Shown: positions 10,567-20,256 of the stretch, one piece after another
Position numbering within the stretch: the first letter of the stretch is position 1
Layout: each line of letters begins with the position of its first letter
From: a virus
IMG/VR virus record: IMGVR_UViG_3300035181_002074
Coordinates: 64,001-128,000 of that record
Strand: one strand, 5' to 3'
Length of the DNA stretch: 64,000 nucleotides
The notes under the pieces: model-generated
What the model was told of the DNA's origin: nothing
Seen by the model: the letters and a program-made list of their open reading frames with translations, nothing else
The model's database searches: none
Translations under genes and position numbers: made by a program

Positions 10567-10847
10567 ATACGCTCTCTATGGTCGCATTTTCTGCAAATTA
10601 TCCAAGTAGTACCTCTGCCAGTCGGTAACATAAATACATCCTTCGATCTGCACTCTTTACATGCTGGCGCAGCTACTGCAGTGTGCGTTTGAGTTTTTGG
10701 GGTACCTGCTATCTTCTTTTTAAGTGCAGATAGTTCTTGCTCCAACGCTTTATTAATTTTTCTAAGCTCCGTATTTTCTTTTTCTAAGTCTATTTCGGTC
10801 TTAAATCCACGTTTCCGTGCCATGAAATGTCCTAAAACTTTTCCCAA
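10563..10847 (-). CDS. coiled-coil + Zn-ribbon protein
   Basis: CKEC...CRKC; true start may be ATG 10823. Confidence 0.7.
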   Translation of the reverse strand: MGKVLGHFMARKRGFKTEIDLEKENTELRKINKALEQELSALKKKIAGTPKTQTHTAVAAPACKECRSKDVFMLPTGRGTTWIICRKCDHRERI

Positions 10848-12100
10848 GGTTTGATAATCTTATCAAGCGATTTATCTTGATCAATTGCAGCATTAACTTT
10901 AATGTATCTCATATCGCCTACAGCATGCCCCGGCACCGATTCAAAGATCCACTGACCGCTATTAGACTCGTTGGTTCCGATACTTACTGCAAACGGATCT
11001 GGTGGCGGTAATCCACCATTACCGATTAATACGGTACCATTACTGAGTTGCACAGTGTGGCCAATATGTGTATGTCCGTAAAGGATGGCTGCATATTCTT
11101 CATCATGAGGAAGAGATGCATTCATCTTGTTAACCTGATTTTCTAATGCCTTTACGTTCACAGTCGAATAAATTCCACCGGGATTAATTACTGTATCAGC
11201 ATGGGTATATCCGATACGCATACCAAAAACATTATAACTACTCATGGGTGTTTTAGGGATATTTACCTTTACGTTTTTCACATTAGCTAGTGCCGACTTT
11301 ACTGCGTAATAAATAATCGTAGCATATGAATCGAATTTCTGATGTACCGCTCTATTTTGATGGCGTGACATATTGCGATCATGATTACCAGTCGCACATT
11401 CTACGTCCACTTCCTCATATTCATTAGCCAAAGCAGTGATAGCTTGAATTAATATATGAATTGCACGGCAAATTTGTTCGGATAATACAGCTCCGGTTCG
11501 TGCATCATGCATAGAATTTTCAATAATATCACCGAGTAGAGCTACAACTAGCTTGGTATTCTTGCGGTATTGCGGTTTATAATCGATAGCTTCTCGTACT
11601 ACCGCTGCAACTCGTCTTGATTCTTCTACTTTACCAAAATCTAGTGCTCCTGTTTCATCTTTTTCAATATCAGCCCCAATATGTAGATCAGACAACATCA
11701 AGGTATGGACACGCTTTAGTTCTATTTTCTTCTTCTTTTTCCCACCATTAATTCTACCCTTAAATACATTTTCAGAAAATTGCTGTATATAATCTAAGAT
11801 ATTACCGGCTTCTATAATCTGCTTATTTGACTTATTAACATCTTTTTTAGTTCCAGTTAGGCGTAACTTCTCAATATCACCCATTACCAGTTCTTGAGGA
11901 ATAAATAAATCTTCCAAGTATGGGGCAATTTTTAATGCCTCGTCTTTAAGGTTATTAATTTTTCCGCCAAAATGGTATTTTATAGTCTCAATTGTTAATC
12001 CAAACTTTTGACAGTCCCTTGCGGAAGCCATCTTATTAAGCTTTCTGCATATCTTAATGTATTGATCTGCAACTTCCTGACTTCTTGTTTTTTTACTCAT
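10832..12100 (-). CDS. calcineurin-like metallophosphoesterase with N-terminal HTH-like region
   Basis: SDLH, GD, GNHD, HAD, GHTH motifs. Confidence 0.85.
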   Translation of the reverse strand: MSKKTRSQEVADQYIKICRKLNKMASARDCQKFGLTIETIKYHFGGKINNLKDEALKIAPYLEDLFIPQELVMGDIEKLRLTGTKKDVNKSNKQIIEAGNILDYIQQFSENVFKGRINGGKKKKKIELKRVHTLMLSDLHIGADIEKDETGALDFGKVEESRRVAAVVREAIDYKPQYRKNTKLVVALLGDIIENSMHDARTGAVLSEQICRAIHILIQAITALANEYEEVDVECATGNHDRNMSRHQNRAVHQKFDSYATIIYYAVKSALANVKNVKVNIPKTPMSSYNVFGMRIGYTHADTVINPGGIYSTVNVKALENQVNKMNASLPHDEEYAAILYGHTHIGHTVQLSNGTVLIGNGGLPPPDPFAVSIGTNESNSGQWIFESVPGHAVGDMRYIKVNAAIDQDKSLDKIIKPWEKF

Positions 12101-12116
12101 TATAACTCTCTTTCAA

Positions 12117-12770
12117 TTAAAGGGACGGTGGCGTTTCTTCATCGCCAGTTATTTTAGCTTCTTTATGTGCGTAGATTTCCTTGATAGTTAGTACCGAATA
12201 AATTCCGGCTTGACTGTCTTTAACGTAGGATACTGATTCCCCAGCTTGTTTTCCTAGTAGATCTTGTTTCAGATCGGAATTGGTCGCTGGTGACCCTAGA
12301 TCAGCTATAACGTATTCAGATAATACACGCGACTTTTCTGGGTTCGTTGTCATAAGTTCGCTGCGTGACAAGATCACTAACGAATCGGCATTCACTGGGT
12401 CGTTTTGCTGTTCAATCACGCCCATCTGAACGAGCGATTGAATCATACGACGCTCTTCTCTATCTTCACCGTCTTGTTTTTTCTTTTGCAATCCTTCAGA
12501 GGTCAGAATCTCACGATCTTCGAGAATTTCTGCCACAGCCCCAACAGTTTTTGCTAATCCGGCAATCGATCCATTGATATCGCGATCTTGTGCCACTAAA
12601 GTCATGATCATTTCAGCAGCTTGCTGCAAAGCAGCCTCAAGCGCTTCTATTCTTTGCGCATTAGCAGTCATTTGCTCAGACAGACTAACGATAAGTGCAA
12701 GACCTTTCTCGTAGTCTGCTGTTTTTTGTTCTGTGGTTTCTAATCTTTCTATTGTTGTCATTCCGCTCAT
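12117..12770 (-). CDS. coiled-coil hypothetical protein
   Basis: GGAG RBS, 217 aa. Confidence 0.75.
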   Translation of the reverse strand: MSGMTTIERLETTEQKTADYEKGLALIVSLSEQMTANAQRIEALEAALQQAAEMIMTLVAQDRDINGSIAGLAKTVGAVAEILEDREILTSEGLQKKKQDGEDREERRMIQSLVQMGVIEQQNDPVNADSLVILSRSELMTTNPEKSRVLSEYVIADLGSPATNSDLKQDLLGKQAGESVSYVKDSQAGIYSVLTIKEIYAHKEAKITGDEETPPSL

Positions 12771-12779
12771 AATATTCTC

Positions 12780-13586
12780 CTATTTTTGTTTTAAAGCATC
12801 AAGAACCGCTGATGATAGATTCACTCCACCGACATTGATTCCTGCTTGACTGTTTGGTTGATTCATTACTAGATCTCTAGGCATTACTAATGCGCTTGGA
12901 TTTCCAGCTTGGGCATAATTCCTAGTTGGGTCTTTTTCACTACCGCTTTTGCGAGTACGGGGTGCTGGCTTAGCCTTTGGCTGCTGGGCTGGGGCTATTG
13001 GTTTGGCTACCACAGGCGCTGGCTTAGTGGCAATTCTTGCGCTAGTTGCTGGGGCTTGAACCTGAGTTAAAGCAGGCTTAGTCGCTGGGGCTTGTGATAT
13101 CGGATTAACCGACGGGGTTCTTTCTACCGGCGCCTCAGTTTTTTGTAATAATCTAGCAGCAATTGATTTAAGGGCGTTGGCTTCTTCTAATGTGAATTGA
13201 TCGTACTGCGGAGCCTTAAATTTCTGGGACTCTTCTTTCATGCCCAGTAAAATTTCTAATCTTTCTACGGCAAACGATTTAATTTCTTGCTCTACTTGGT
13301 GCATGATTTCTGGCCTAGCGGAGTTCGGTGAAAACAAACTGTGATTAATCAAAGTTTGATATAAACTAGCTTGCTCGATACGTTTCAAAGCCTCGCTGAT
13401 TACCCCTTCATTATGGGACGTTGGATCTTGCAATTCTTCACCGGTAATGAAAGATTCTAATTGCTCATCCGTGAATTCTTCATCAGATGCTGTGCCATGG
13501 GCATCATAATCATAATCACCCTGATCACCTTCAATCGAATTCTGAATATGTGCAGGCAGTTTTGGTGCCCATTTAATGTTACTCAT
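12780..13586 (-). CDS. hypothetical protein, Pro/Ala-rich C-terminal half
   Basis: GGAG RBS, upstream ATGGTATTAT. Confidence 0.75.
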   Translation of the reverse strand: MSNIKWAPKLPAHIQNSIEGDQGDYDYDAHGTASDEEFTDEQLESFITGEELQDPTSHNEGVISEALKRIEQASLYQTLINHSLFSPNSARPEIMHQVEQEIKSFAVERLEILLGMKEESQKFKAPQYDQFTLEEANALKSIAARLLQKTEAPVERTPSVNPISQAPATKPALTQVQAPATSARIATKPAPVVAKPIAPAQQPKAKPAPRTRKSGSEKDPTRNYAQAGNPSALVMPRDLVMNQPNSQAGINVGGVNLSSAVLDALKQK

Positions 13587-13616
13587 AAGTACTCTCCGAA
13601 TGATAATACCATATAA

Positions 13617-14315
13617 TCATCTCCAACGACCTTTACTGGTCTTTTTAAATGAATATGGCCCATCATGACCACGTTTAGCGGCTAAATCTTTGTCGGAAAC
13701 CTTAACCATTGGTTTTTCTGGTATTCCTATTACACCTGAAATATAGGATTGAATACATTGGAAAACTGTAAATGGATCTTTTTGGGTTTGGAATCCAATG
13801 GATTTTAATAACGGGTTCAATGTAATTGCGTACTCGGTATGATCATGTGGATATGCATCTCTATGTGGATATTGCACTAAAATCACTGGACTTTTATGGA
13901 TATGATGTAATTTGGACAATTTATCAAAATCCTTTGTTGCAAAGAAACGCTTAATACTAGCATAAGTACTAAGATCGTGGCGATTATTCCACCAGCTATA
14001 TTTTGATGATGGTATAAAAACTTTATTGGCATTCATGGCATCAATTAGTTTTGATTCCGAATAAAAATAGTGGCCCATAAATATTACAAACGGATACACC
14101 TCACCGCAGAATAATAAAATACGTCCTTTGAGATCATCATCTTTATTCGAATAGTACTCACTGGGCATACTGGTAATAGTTTCGTAAGTATCAATATCGG
14201 CAATCTTAGTGGGACAAGGTAATCTAGATTCGGCACGATTATAGACTATTGTCTTATCAATACCATAAGCAGAAGCAGAATCGTAATAGTCATGCATTTT
14301 TCCAGTAATCAACAT
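13617..14315 (-). CDS. hypothetical protein (leaderless)
   Basis: Start reassigned to ATG 14315, 6 nt after a TATACT -10 box. Confidence 0.75.
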   Translation of the reverse strand: MLITGKMHDYYDSASAYGIDKTIVYNRAESRLPCPTKIADIDTYETITSMPSEYYSNKDDDLKGRILLFCGEVYPFVIFMGHYFYSESKLIDAMNANKVFIPSSKYSWWNNRHDLSTYASIKRFFATKDFDKLSKLHHIHKSPVILVQYPHRDAYPHDHTEYAITLNPLLKSIGFQTQKDPFTVFQCIQSYISGVIGIPEKPMVKVSDKDLAAKRGHDGPYSFKKTSKGRWR

Positions 14316-14321
14316 AGACAC

Positions 14322-14350
14322 AGTATAGCACGACACGGGTCTGCTGTCAA
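14322..14350 (-). promoter_or_regulatory. sigma70-type promoter
   Basis: TTGACA-17 nt-(TG)TATACT. Confidence 0.8.
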
Positions 14351-14356
14351 CCTGAT

Positions 14357-14866
14357 TTATTTAATGGATCTCATCTGTTTGATCAAGTCAGATATAGCAA
14401 TAAATTCCTGATATGTGTATCGATTACCTTTAGCTTGATTACATTCCCAACAGCATGGAACGCAATTTGAATATAAATACCCTTTATCGTTATTCTTCCT
14501 GTCAAGAAAATATCCACGATACCCAAGTTCCCCTCTTTTTGTGGATCGTCTAATCTCAGTGTCGCAATAATGACAATCAGTCATAGTACAAAATGCTATA
14601 AATTCATCATAAGACATGACATCAACCCATCCTTTTCTGCGGTGGGCTCCTAGCATTTGCGTATATGCAGATTGGAATGGTTGTTTCTTTTGTGAACAAG
14701 ATGCACACAACCCAGTGTGTTTTTTATGGTATCCATGTTGCGTAGATATGTCAATCTGACATTTAAGGCAATTAAAATGATGTATAAAATACTTAAGTCC
14801 GGTTTTAGTATATCTAACTTCTTTAAATGTAGCTTTCTTTAAATCTAACATTTTTACAGACCGCAA
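14357..14866 (-). CDS. HNH endonuclease (putative free-standing homing endonuclease)
   Basis: CHYC...LDRKNNDKGY...NCVPCCWECNQAKG; N-terminal CxxC pairs. Confidence 0.85.
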   Translation of the reverse strand: MRSVKMLDLKKATFKEVRYTKTGLKYFIHHFNCLKCQIDISTQHGYHKKHTGLCASCSQKKQPFQSAYTQMLGAHRRKGWVDVMSYDEFIAFCTMTDCHYCDTEIRRSTKRGELGYRGYFLDRKNNDKGYLYSNCVPCCWECNQAKGNRYTYQEFIAISDLIKQMRSIK

Positions 14867-16482
14867 ACCCCATTAAGACAGGAATTTTCAACTTCTTCAA
14901 AAACAATTCCTTCTTGAGATAAAGCTTCTGACAAATCTACTCTGGTAAGTGGTTGACCACCTCTCGATCCATCTGGATAGCATGTAAATCCACGCAGTCT
15001 TTTAGCATATTTCAGCAAAATTCTAGAATTCACTTTCAATGTTTCTTCGTTATTGCCTTCACTGCCCCATGGCGGTAAATTACATGTACTGGAAATCGAC
15101 ATATCAACATAATCCTGAACATCTGCCTGAAATTTAACCCGTTGCTTAAAAGTAAGATCATATGCATCTTTAATATCTTCCATTTTGATTCCTTGGGCTA
15201 ATAAGCGTTTAACCGCGCCATCTACAACATATTGATATTTCCATGTATTATCTTTTAAATAGCGGCGCTTATACGCCTTACAGAATAATGGTTCAATGCC
15301 GGTAGTTGTCTCTGCGATAATACCAATAGTGCCGGTTGGTGCTATTGCTCTCACACCTTTCGGGACAGATACTCCCAATTGACGTGCGGTAATAAATGCT
15401 GATGAATCGGATTCATGCTCATAAATGCTAAGCCATTTATGCAATTCGGGGGTAACTTCGTAGTCATATCCACGAGCCATTAACCATTCATGCATACCGC
15501 CCAAACCCAACCCGATACGATTATTTTTATTTCCTATAAGTTTAATTTTTTCAGTTGGAACATCAGAATAAATTCCACCGCAAATTAAAAACTTGGTTGC
15601 GAATTTAACGACAAGAGCTAGTTCATCTTTATCTTTAATGCGATTGATCCATACCGTGCCCAGATTACATTTATCGCTATCATCCTCACTTACTACCTCG
15701 GTACACGCGTTACGTAAGTTTTCATCATCTTTCATAAAATTAAAAGCCATTCCGGGCTCTGCTGTGCTAAATGCTTTTAAGCAGTTTTCCTGCCAAACTT
15801 CTTTAGCTTGCTTGTAATCCGTATGTTTGGAATCTTCCATTGCAATAAAAAAATTCGTATCGTAATCAACAGAAATATTTGTTCCTTCCATTGGAAGTGG
15901 GAAATTAAAATCCTTCTCTTTTAGAGAACGGAGATCGGCTGACCAATCCTTTAATTTAAGGAATTTTGGTATATCGGCATGTGACCAGTTCAATCCTGCC
16001 CAGATAGCAGATCGACGCTGACCCCCTTGCATAATATATCTTCCTGCTTCATTGACCATATTCATAAGAGCTATTGGCCCAGTAGAAGTGCCGCCTGTCC
16101 GTTTAATAATTGAACCTTCTGGTCTAATTAATGAATAATTAACACCAATCCCCCCGCCAGTCATTAAGCCTGCACTGGATTTCTGGAGAATATCTGACCA
16201 TCCTTCACGACTATCTTCCGCTCGGAATAAGAAACAGTTATTAACTTGATGTAGTGGGCGCCCCGATGCATAAAGATATCTTCCACCGGGAATAAATTTA
16301 CGTTCTAGCATAAACTGGTAAATCTGTGCCTGTTCATCCTTAGATAAATATTGACCAGTAACACTGGATACTACACGTTTGCATGTATCTGCCCATGATT
16401 CCTGACCATCCTTAGAATATTTTTGAAGATATATGTCTTGTGAATATTTAGAACCAAATACGTCAAACTCGTCTTTTTTCAT
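14854..16482 (-). CDS. nrdJ: class II (B12-dependent) ribonucleotide reductase
   Basis: FIPGGR, NNCF, GGGIG, RRSA, NACTE, APTGT, C-terminal CLNGVCGL; no small-subunit gene nearby. Confidence 0.88.
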   Translation of the reverse strand: MKKDEFDVFGSKYSQDIYLQKYSKDGQESWADTCKRVVSSVTGQYLSKDEQAQIYQFMLERKFIPGGRYLYASGRPLHQVNNCFLFRAEDSREGWSDILQKSSAGLMTGGGIGVNYSLIRPEGSIIKRTGGTSTGPIALMNMVNEAGRYIMQGGQRRSAIWAGLNWSHADIPKFLKLKDWSADLRSLKEKDFNFPLPMEGTNISVDYDTNFFIAMEDSKHTDYKQAKEVWQENCLKAFSTAEPGMAFNFMKDDENLRNACTEVVSEDDSDKCNLGTVWINRIKDKDELALVVKFATKFLICGGIYSDVPTEKIKLIGNKNNRIGLGLGGMHEWLMARGYDYEVTPELHKWLSIYEHESDSSAFITARQLGVSVPKGVRAIAPTGTIGIIAETTTGIEPLFCKAYKRRYLKDNTWKYQYVVDGAVKRLLAQGIKMEDIKDAYDLTFKQRVKFQADVQDYVDMSISSTCNLPPWGSEGNNEETLKVNSRILLKYAKRLRGFTCYPDGSRGGQPLTRVDLSEALSQEGIVFEEVENSCLNGVCGL

Positions 16483-16548
16483 AATTATGTTTCCCCTTCG
16501 ATGATGTTGTTTTTCTATTTAATATTACCACGAAAAGTGGTGATGATT

Positions 16549-17142
16549 TTAAAAAATATCGGACAAGTTCAGATCTTTTTTCTTCACTGTAAAACTCTTG
16601 GTAAAGCCATACCAAGCTATGCAGCAGGCGTCAGCGATGTCATTATCTTTTAATAGTAGTTCTAGGCCAAATTTCTCATTCACCCAGTTAACGCTAAGAT
16701 GCTTCCAAGTGATTTTACCTTTGGCAGTTTTACGACTGACTTTTTTATTATGGGCACGTTGCTCTGTACTTAATTTAATTCCAAGGGTTCTGCGCCACAT
16801 AGAAGTATCAACGTAGCTTACCTTGTTTGCAGCACCGTATTCGCGCAACATTTCAAGAACTGCATAATGAACAAATTCCAATTGTTTTTGTGAGGTTCTA
16901 AATGAACCGGTATTCGTTTGCTCAATATAAACATGATCAAACTTAATGATTGCCTCATGAAGAATGATTACCGATTTAATCTGATTAGCTATTTCTTTGG
17001 CACGTAGCAATTGATCATAATCAGGAACTAACTCATAGTTATTGGTACTAGGCGCTTCAATAAATCCATAAATAGGCTTATTATCATCTTCAATAATCGC
17101 CCAACCTGTTTTTGTGGATAAATCGAGCGCCAATACCTTCAT
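16549..17142 (-). CDS. RuvC-like Holliday junction resolvase
   Basis: LALDLSTKTGWA, YIEQ, DIADA. Confidence 0.8.
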   Translation of the reverse strand: MKVLALDLSTKTGWAIIEDDNKPIYGFIEAPSTNNYELVPDYDQLLRAKEIANQIKSVIILHEAIIKFDHVYIEQTNTGSFRTSQKQLEFVHYAVLEMLREYGAANKVSYVDTSMWRRTLGIKLSTEQRAHNKKVSRKTAKGKITWKHLSVNWVNEKFGLELLLKDNDIADACCIAWYGFTKSFTVKKKDLNLSDIF

Positions 17143-17144
17143 GT

Positions 17145-17444
17145 TTAGGCTAGTTTACCGCGTTCTTTGAGTACTTGAACACTGAGTCCGCGCTTGAGGC
17201 GAATTGCCTTCAGGGGATCGGAATAGGTCTGATTGGCAGTCTTGAGTTCTTCTTTAATGCGTTCCAAGTCAGCATCTGCCTCTTTTGCTGCTTCAATATC
17301 AGCTTGATGGGATGCCATCTGAACTAATTTCTCTTTTAAAGCTTCATCTGACATAGAGTAAACTTCTGATGCGAAGGTAGCATCAACTGCGTTTACTTTA
17401 TCCCATAGAGTCGGTGGACCTTTTTTGCCTTTACCTTTTGCCAT
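17145..17444 (-). CDS. hypothetical protein
   Basis: 99 aa, AAGGA RBS. Confidence 0.75.
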   Translation of the reverse strand: MAKGKGKKGPPTLWDKVNAVDATFASEVYSMSDEALKEKLVQMASHQADIEAAKEADADLERIKEELKTANQTYSDPLKAIRLKRGLSVQVLKERGKLA

Positions 17445-17642
17445 ATTATTTTCCTTTTCCGTTATTATTTTGAATCAAATCTGATACATTGAATGATGTT
17501 GAAGCACCCACTGGGGTAACCGAAGTAATTCCAGCTGTGTTAGTATATCCAACTGTACTACCGTACAGCATGTCACTTGATATATTGCTTGCCGATCCCC
17601 AAGCAGCACCTCTATGGGTACCATTCAGGGTGAGATATGAAG

Positions 17643-17688
17643 GGGTCACTGTAAGGTTGTTACCAACCAGTGACCCTACTAAAAAGGG
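17643..17688 (-). promoter_or_regulatory. programmed -1 ribosomal frameshift signal
   Basis: In-frame C CCT TTT (17688-17682), 5-nt spacer, stem GGGTCACTG/CAGTGACCC with upper GTTG-GTAA-CAAC. Confidence 0.8.
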
Positions 17689-17888
17689 CGTACAATAACC
17701 TCAATCAACTCAAGGCGATCAACATATTGTTCTGGGATTTGACGAGCTACGAGCATTCCCACTTGTTTTTCATCTTTAGCTAAAAGCGTAGTAGGTTTAG
17801 TTAAGATTGTGGTCTTGCCAGTTGTTTGTCCGTCTTTACCGGCTTTTGGGTGCAATAGAATTGCGTATTCAAATAATTTCATTTTCAT
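17679..17888 (-). CDS. small hypothetical protein (69 aa, ends VRPF); -1 frameshift form predicted to extend to 17446
   Basis: AAGGA RBS and ATGGTATAAT upstream support ATG 17888; see findings. Confidence 0.8.
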   Translation of the reverse strand: MKMKLFEYAILLHPKAGKDGQTTGKTTILTKPTTLLAKDEKQVGMLVARQIPEQYVDRLELIEVIVRPF

Positions 17889-17910
17889 AATTTCGTTTCC
17901 TTCTGATCTA

Positions 17911-18336
17911 TTATACCATGTAATTTTGATAATTCGTCCAAAGAGTGTCAATAATGGTCATTTTATTTGAAATCATTGTGCAAGTAGACATTTTCATGAA
18001 TTTACCGACGTTCTTAGTTCGCAGATCATCCATAAACTGGATTAATTCTTGATACCCCATAGAAGACGTCTTAACGCTGGATGGCGGAAATTTATTTTTA
18101 TGAGCCACATAGTTCGCGTAAAACTCGGCTTCATCTCGATCAATGAAAGCTCTGTAAGTAAAAACTTGATTCTCATCCATCTCGTAACATAAAGCGGTTT
18201 TACCGGCAGCTTGTAAAAAAACTAAGTATAATGAGCCATTTTCATGAAGAACGTCGAAATACTCCGTTAAAAGTTCTCTAGACGGTGGAACTTTGATAAA
18301 TTCGTTACGCTTTGATAAAACTGCATTTTCCATCAT
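17911..18336 (-). CDS. hypothetical protein
   Basis: 141-aa ORF, GAGG RBS. Confidence 0.7.
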   Translation of the reverse strand: MMENAVLSKRNEFIKVPPSRELLTEYFDVLHENGSLYLVFLQAAGKTALCYEMDENQVFTYRAFIDRDEAEFYANYVAHKNKFPPSSVKTSSMGYQELIQFMDDLRTKNVGKFMKMSTCTMISNKMTIIDTLWTNYQNYMV

Positions 18337-20014
18337 ATGTTACCTCAATCACGTTGTCAAAACTTTCCTTGATTTCGGTCGAATGATCGATTATAATCAA
18401 AGTCCCGCTTATTTTTGGCTTCAAAGCTTCAATTGCTGCACGTTTAGACTCAACATCTAGCCCATCCATGCCTTCGTCTAATATCATCCACCCTAATGGA
18501 GATCCAGTGCGTCGCTTCACTACTTCGGCAATCGCTAAATCAACGCAAAGTTCGATCGCACATTGCTGCCCACCGCTTAAACTTTTACGCGAAATGATTT
18601 CAGATTGGCGATAAAGATTAATAGCTATGTTCTTCTTAATACTACCACCCTTAGTGATCGAATTAGATTCAAATTTCAAATAAATATGATTCACATTTTC
18701 AAATGAAGTCATGAAATCGTTTGTCTTTTGCTCGATTTCGGCTAAAACATTACTAAAAATTACGGACATGAAGCCAGATTTACTAAAAATATTCGCAATA
18801 TGCTTCTGTTTTTCTAGTAATTGGCTTGATGCAATCAGCTTGGATTTTATTTCCGCTTGTTTCGAGATGTTTGCCTCATGTGTGCGTAGTCCATTTTCTT
18901 CTGACTGCAATACTTGTATAGCCATAGACAATACTTGCTGGGTTCTGGACACCTCTTGGCCGATATTCGACAGCTGGGTATTCTTTTGTGCTAAGTTTAG
19001 TTCCAATTCTGGCAATCTATCAATTTCTAGCTGCACTTTTGGGATCATATCAATTAATGCCTGACGCCTTGCCAATAATTGACCCCCTTCTGTTTGTTTT
19101 TGCTCTAGTAAAAGGGAATTGTTGTCCCATTTTTGATTACATGTAAAACATTTTTGCTCGTTCAAGTGGTTAATCTCGCTAGCCAATGACGTTAATTTCG
19201 ATGTAATGCTAGATACTTCACTAGAATATAAAACAAGGTCTCTTTGGAATCCGCGAAGCTTGTTTATTTCATTTTTACTGTTATTGATCTCAAAAATTAA
19301 TGATTCTGGCACTTGATTGTTTAATTTTGCTGCGTCGTATTTAATCTGCGCATCAGCCACTTGAGTTTTTGCTGCGGCAATGAACTCTGAGCGATCCTGA
19401 GACATATTTATGATATCACTTACGGCGGTATATGAAGATTTAAATCCTTCGGTTAATCTTTCGGTGTTTTTTAAATCTAATTCAGCTTTTTCACACGCCT
19501 TTTCTAGATCGTCCAGTCCTAACACGCTACTAAGGAAATCTTTTTTGTATTGATCATTTGAATTAACGAATCGACCAAAACTTCGTTGTGATCTATAAGT
19601 CAGAGCTTCTACAATATTTAATGGAGTTTTTAATAATTCAACTAGCTTTTCTTCCGCAGCAACAGATTGCGACACATATGGCACACCATTAATAATAAGA
19701 GAGAGTTTGGGCGTCCTGCAAATAATAAATTCATTTGTGCCGTCAGATAATGTCAACTTAACGGACATTTTATCACTATCCCAGTTTTTTAATTCCGTTG
19801 CAGGTAGATCACAGAATCCAAGAGCAAAAGCTATTGCTTGAACAATGCTAGATTTACCGGTACCAGAAGTTACAGCACAGTCGGTGCGTTTACCGGTTAA
19901 TAAAATTGTAGTAGCGGAAAATTCGATAGATGTATAATGCTTAAATGAACGAAAACCTTCTAGCTCTAACCTAACTGGACGAAGAGTCGTATTATTTTTA
20001 AGATTCTGTATCAT
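18305..20014 (-). CDS. sbcC: SbcC/Rad50/gp46-like ATPase
   Basis: LEGFRSF, Walker A GTGKS, coiled coils with CFTC zinc hook, LSGGQ, ILDE, IIDH. Start set at ATG 20014. Confidence 0.9.
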   Translation of the reverse strand: MIQNLKNNTTLRPVRLELEGFRSFKHYTSIEFSATTILLTGKRTDCAVTSGTGKSSIVQAIAFALGFCDLPATELKNWDSDKMSVKLTLSDGTNEFIICRTPKLSLIINGVPYVSQSVAAEEKLVELLKTPLNIVEALTYRSQRSFGRFVNSNDQYKKDFLSSVLGLDDLEKACEKAELDLKNTERLTEGFKSSYTAVSDIINMSQDRSEFIAAAKTQVADAQIKYDAAKLNNQVPESLIFEINNSKNEINKLRGFQRDLVLYSSEVSSITSKLTSLASEINHLNEQKCFTCNQKWDNNSLLLEQKQTEGGQLLARRQALIDMIPKVQLEIDRLPELELNLAQKNTQLSNIGQEVSRTQQVLSMAIQVLQSEENGLRTHEANISKQAEIKSKLIASSQLLEKQKHIANIFSKSGFMSVIFSNVLAEIEQKTNDFMTSFENVNHIYLKFESNSITKGGSIKKNIAINLYRQSEIISRKSLSGGQQCAIELCVDLAIAEVVKRRTGSPLGWMILDEGMDGLDVESKRAAIEALKPKISGTLIIIDHSTEIKESFDNVIEVTYDGKCSFIKA

Positions 20015-20255
20015 CTGAAGTCTCAGGGGTAAATTTATCTGAATCTTGCTGGTCAATCTCATTAATATCTGACAATCGTTCTACAGCTCTGGCCATTAGA
20101 CCGTTATCTAATCTGTCTACTACCCGAACAGTCCCTGACTTAAATACATTTGGACAAGTAGCACCGCATTTATCACATTTCCATGTTTTTAATCGGGTAC
20201 CAGCTAAAATGCCAAAAGCTCCATGATCGGGACATTCATAAGTAAATATTGGCAT
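19998..20255 (-). CDS. FmdB-like zinc ribbon protein
   Basis: MPIFTYECPDHG...CDKCG. Confidence 0.75.
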   Translation of the reverse strand: MPIFTYECPDHGAFGILAGTRLKTWKCDKCGATCPNVFKSGTVRVVDRLDNGLMARAVERLSDINEIDQQDSDKFTPETSDDTES

Positions 20256-20256
20256 A

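Noticed and set aside
16483-16548. Cobalamin riboswitch or NrdR box upstream of nrdJ
   Set aside because: Only 66 nt, holding an extended -10 in a small hairpin; no matching consensus.
17446-17649. Independent 67-aa gene from GTG 17649
   Set aside because: The GTG is buried in a strong stem with no good SD, and the frame is open back to the slippery site; better explained as a frameshift extension.
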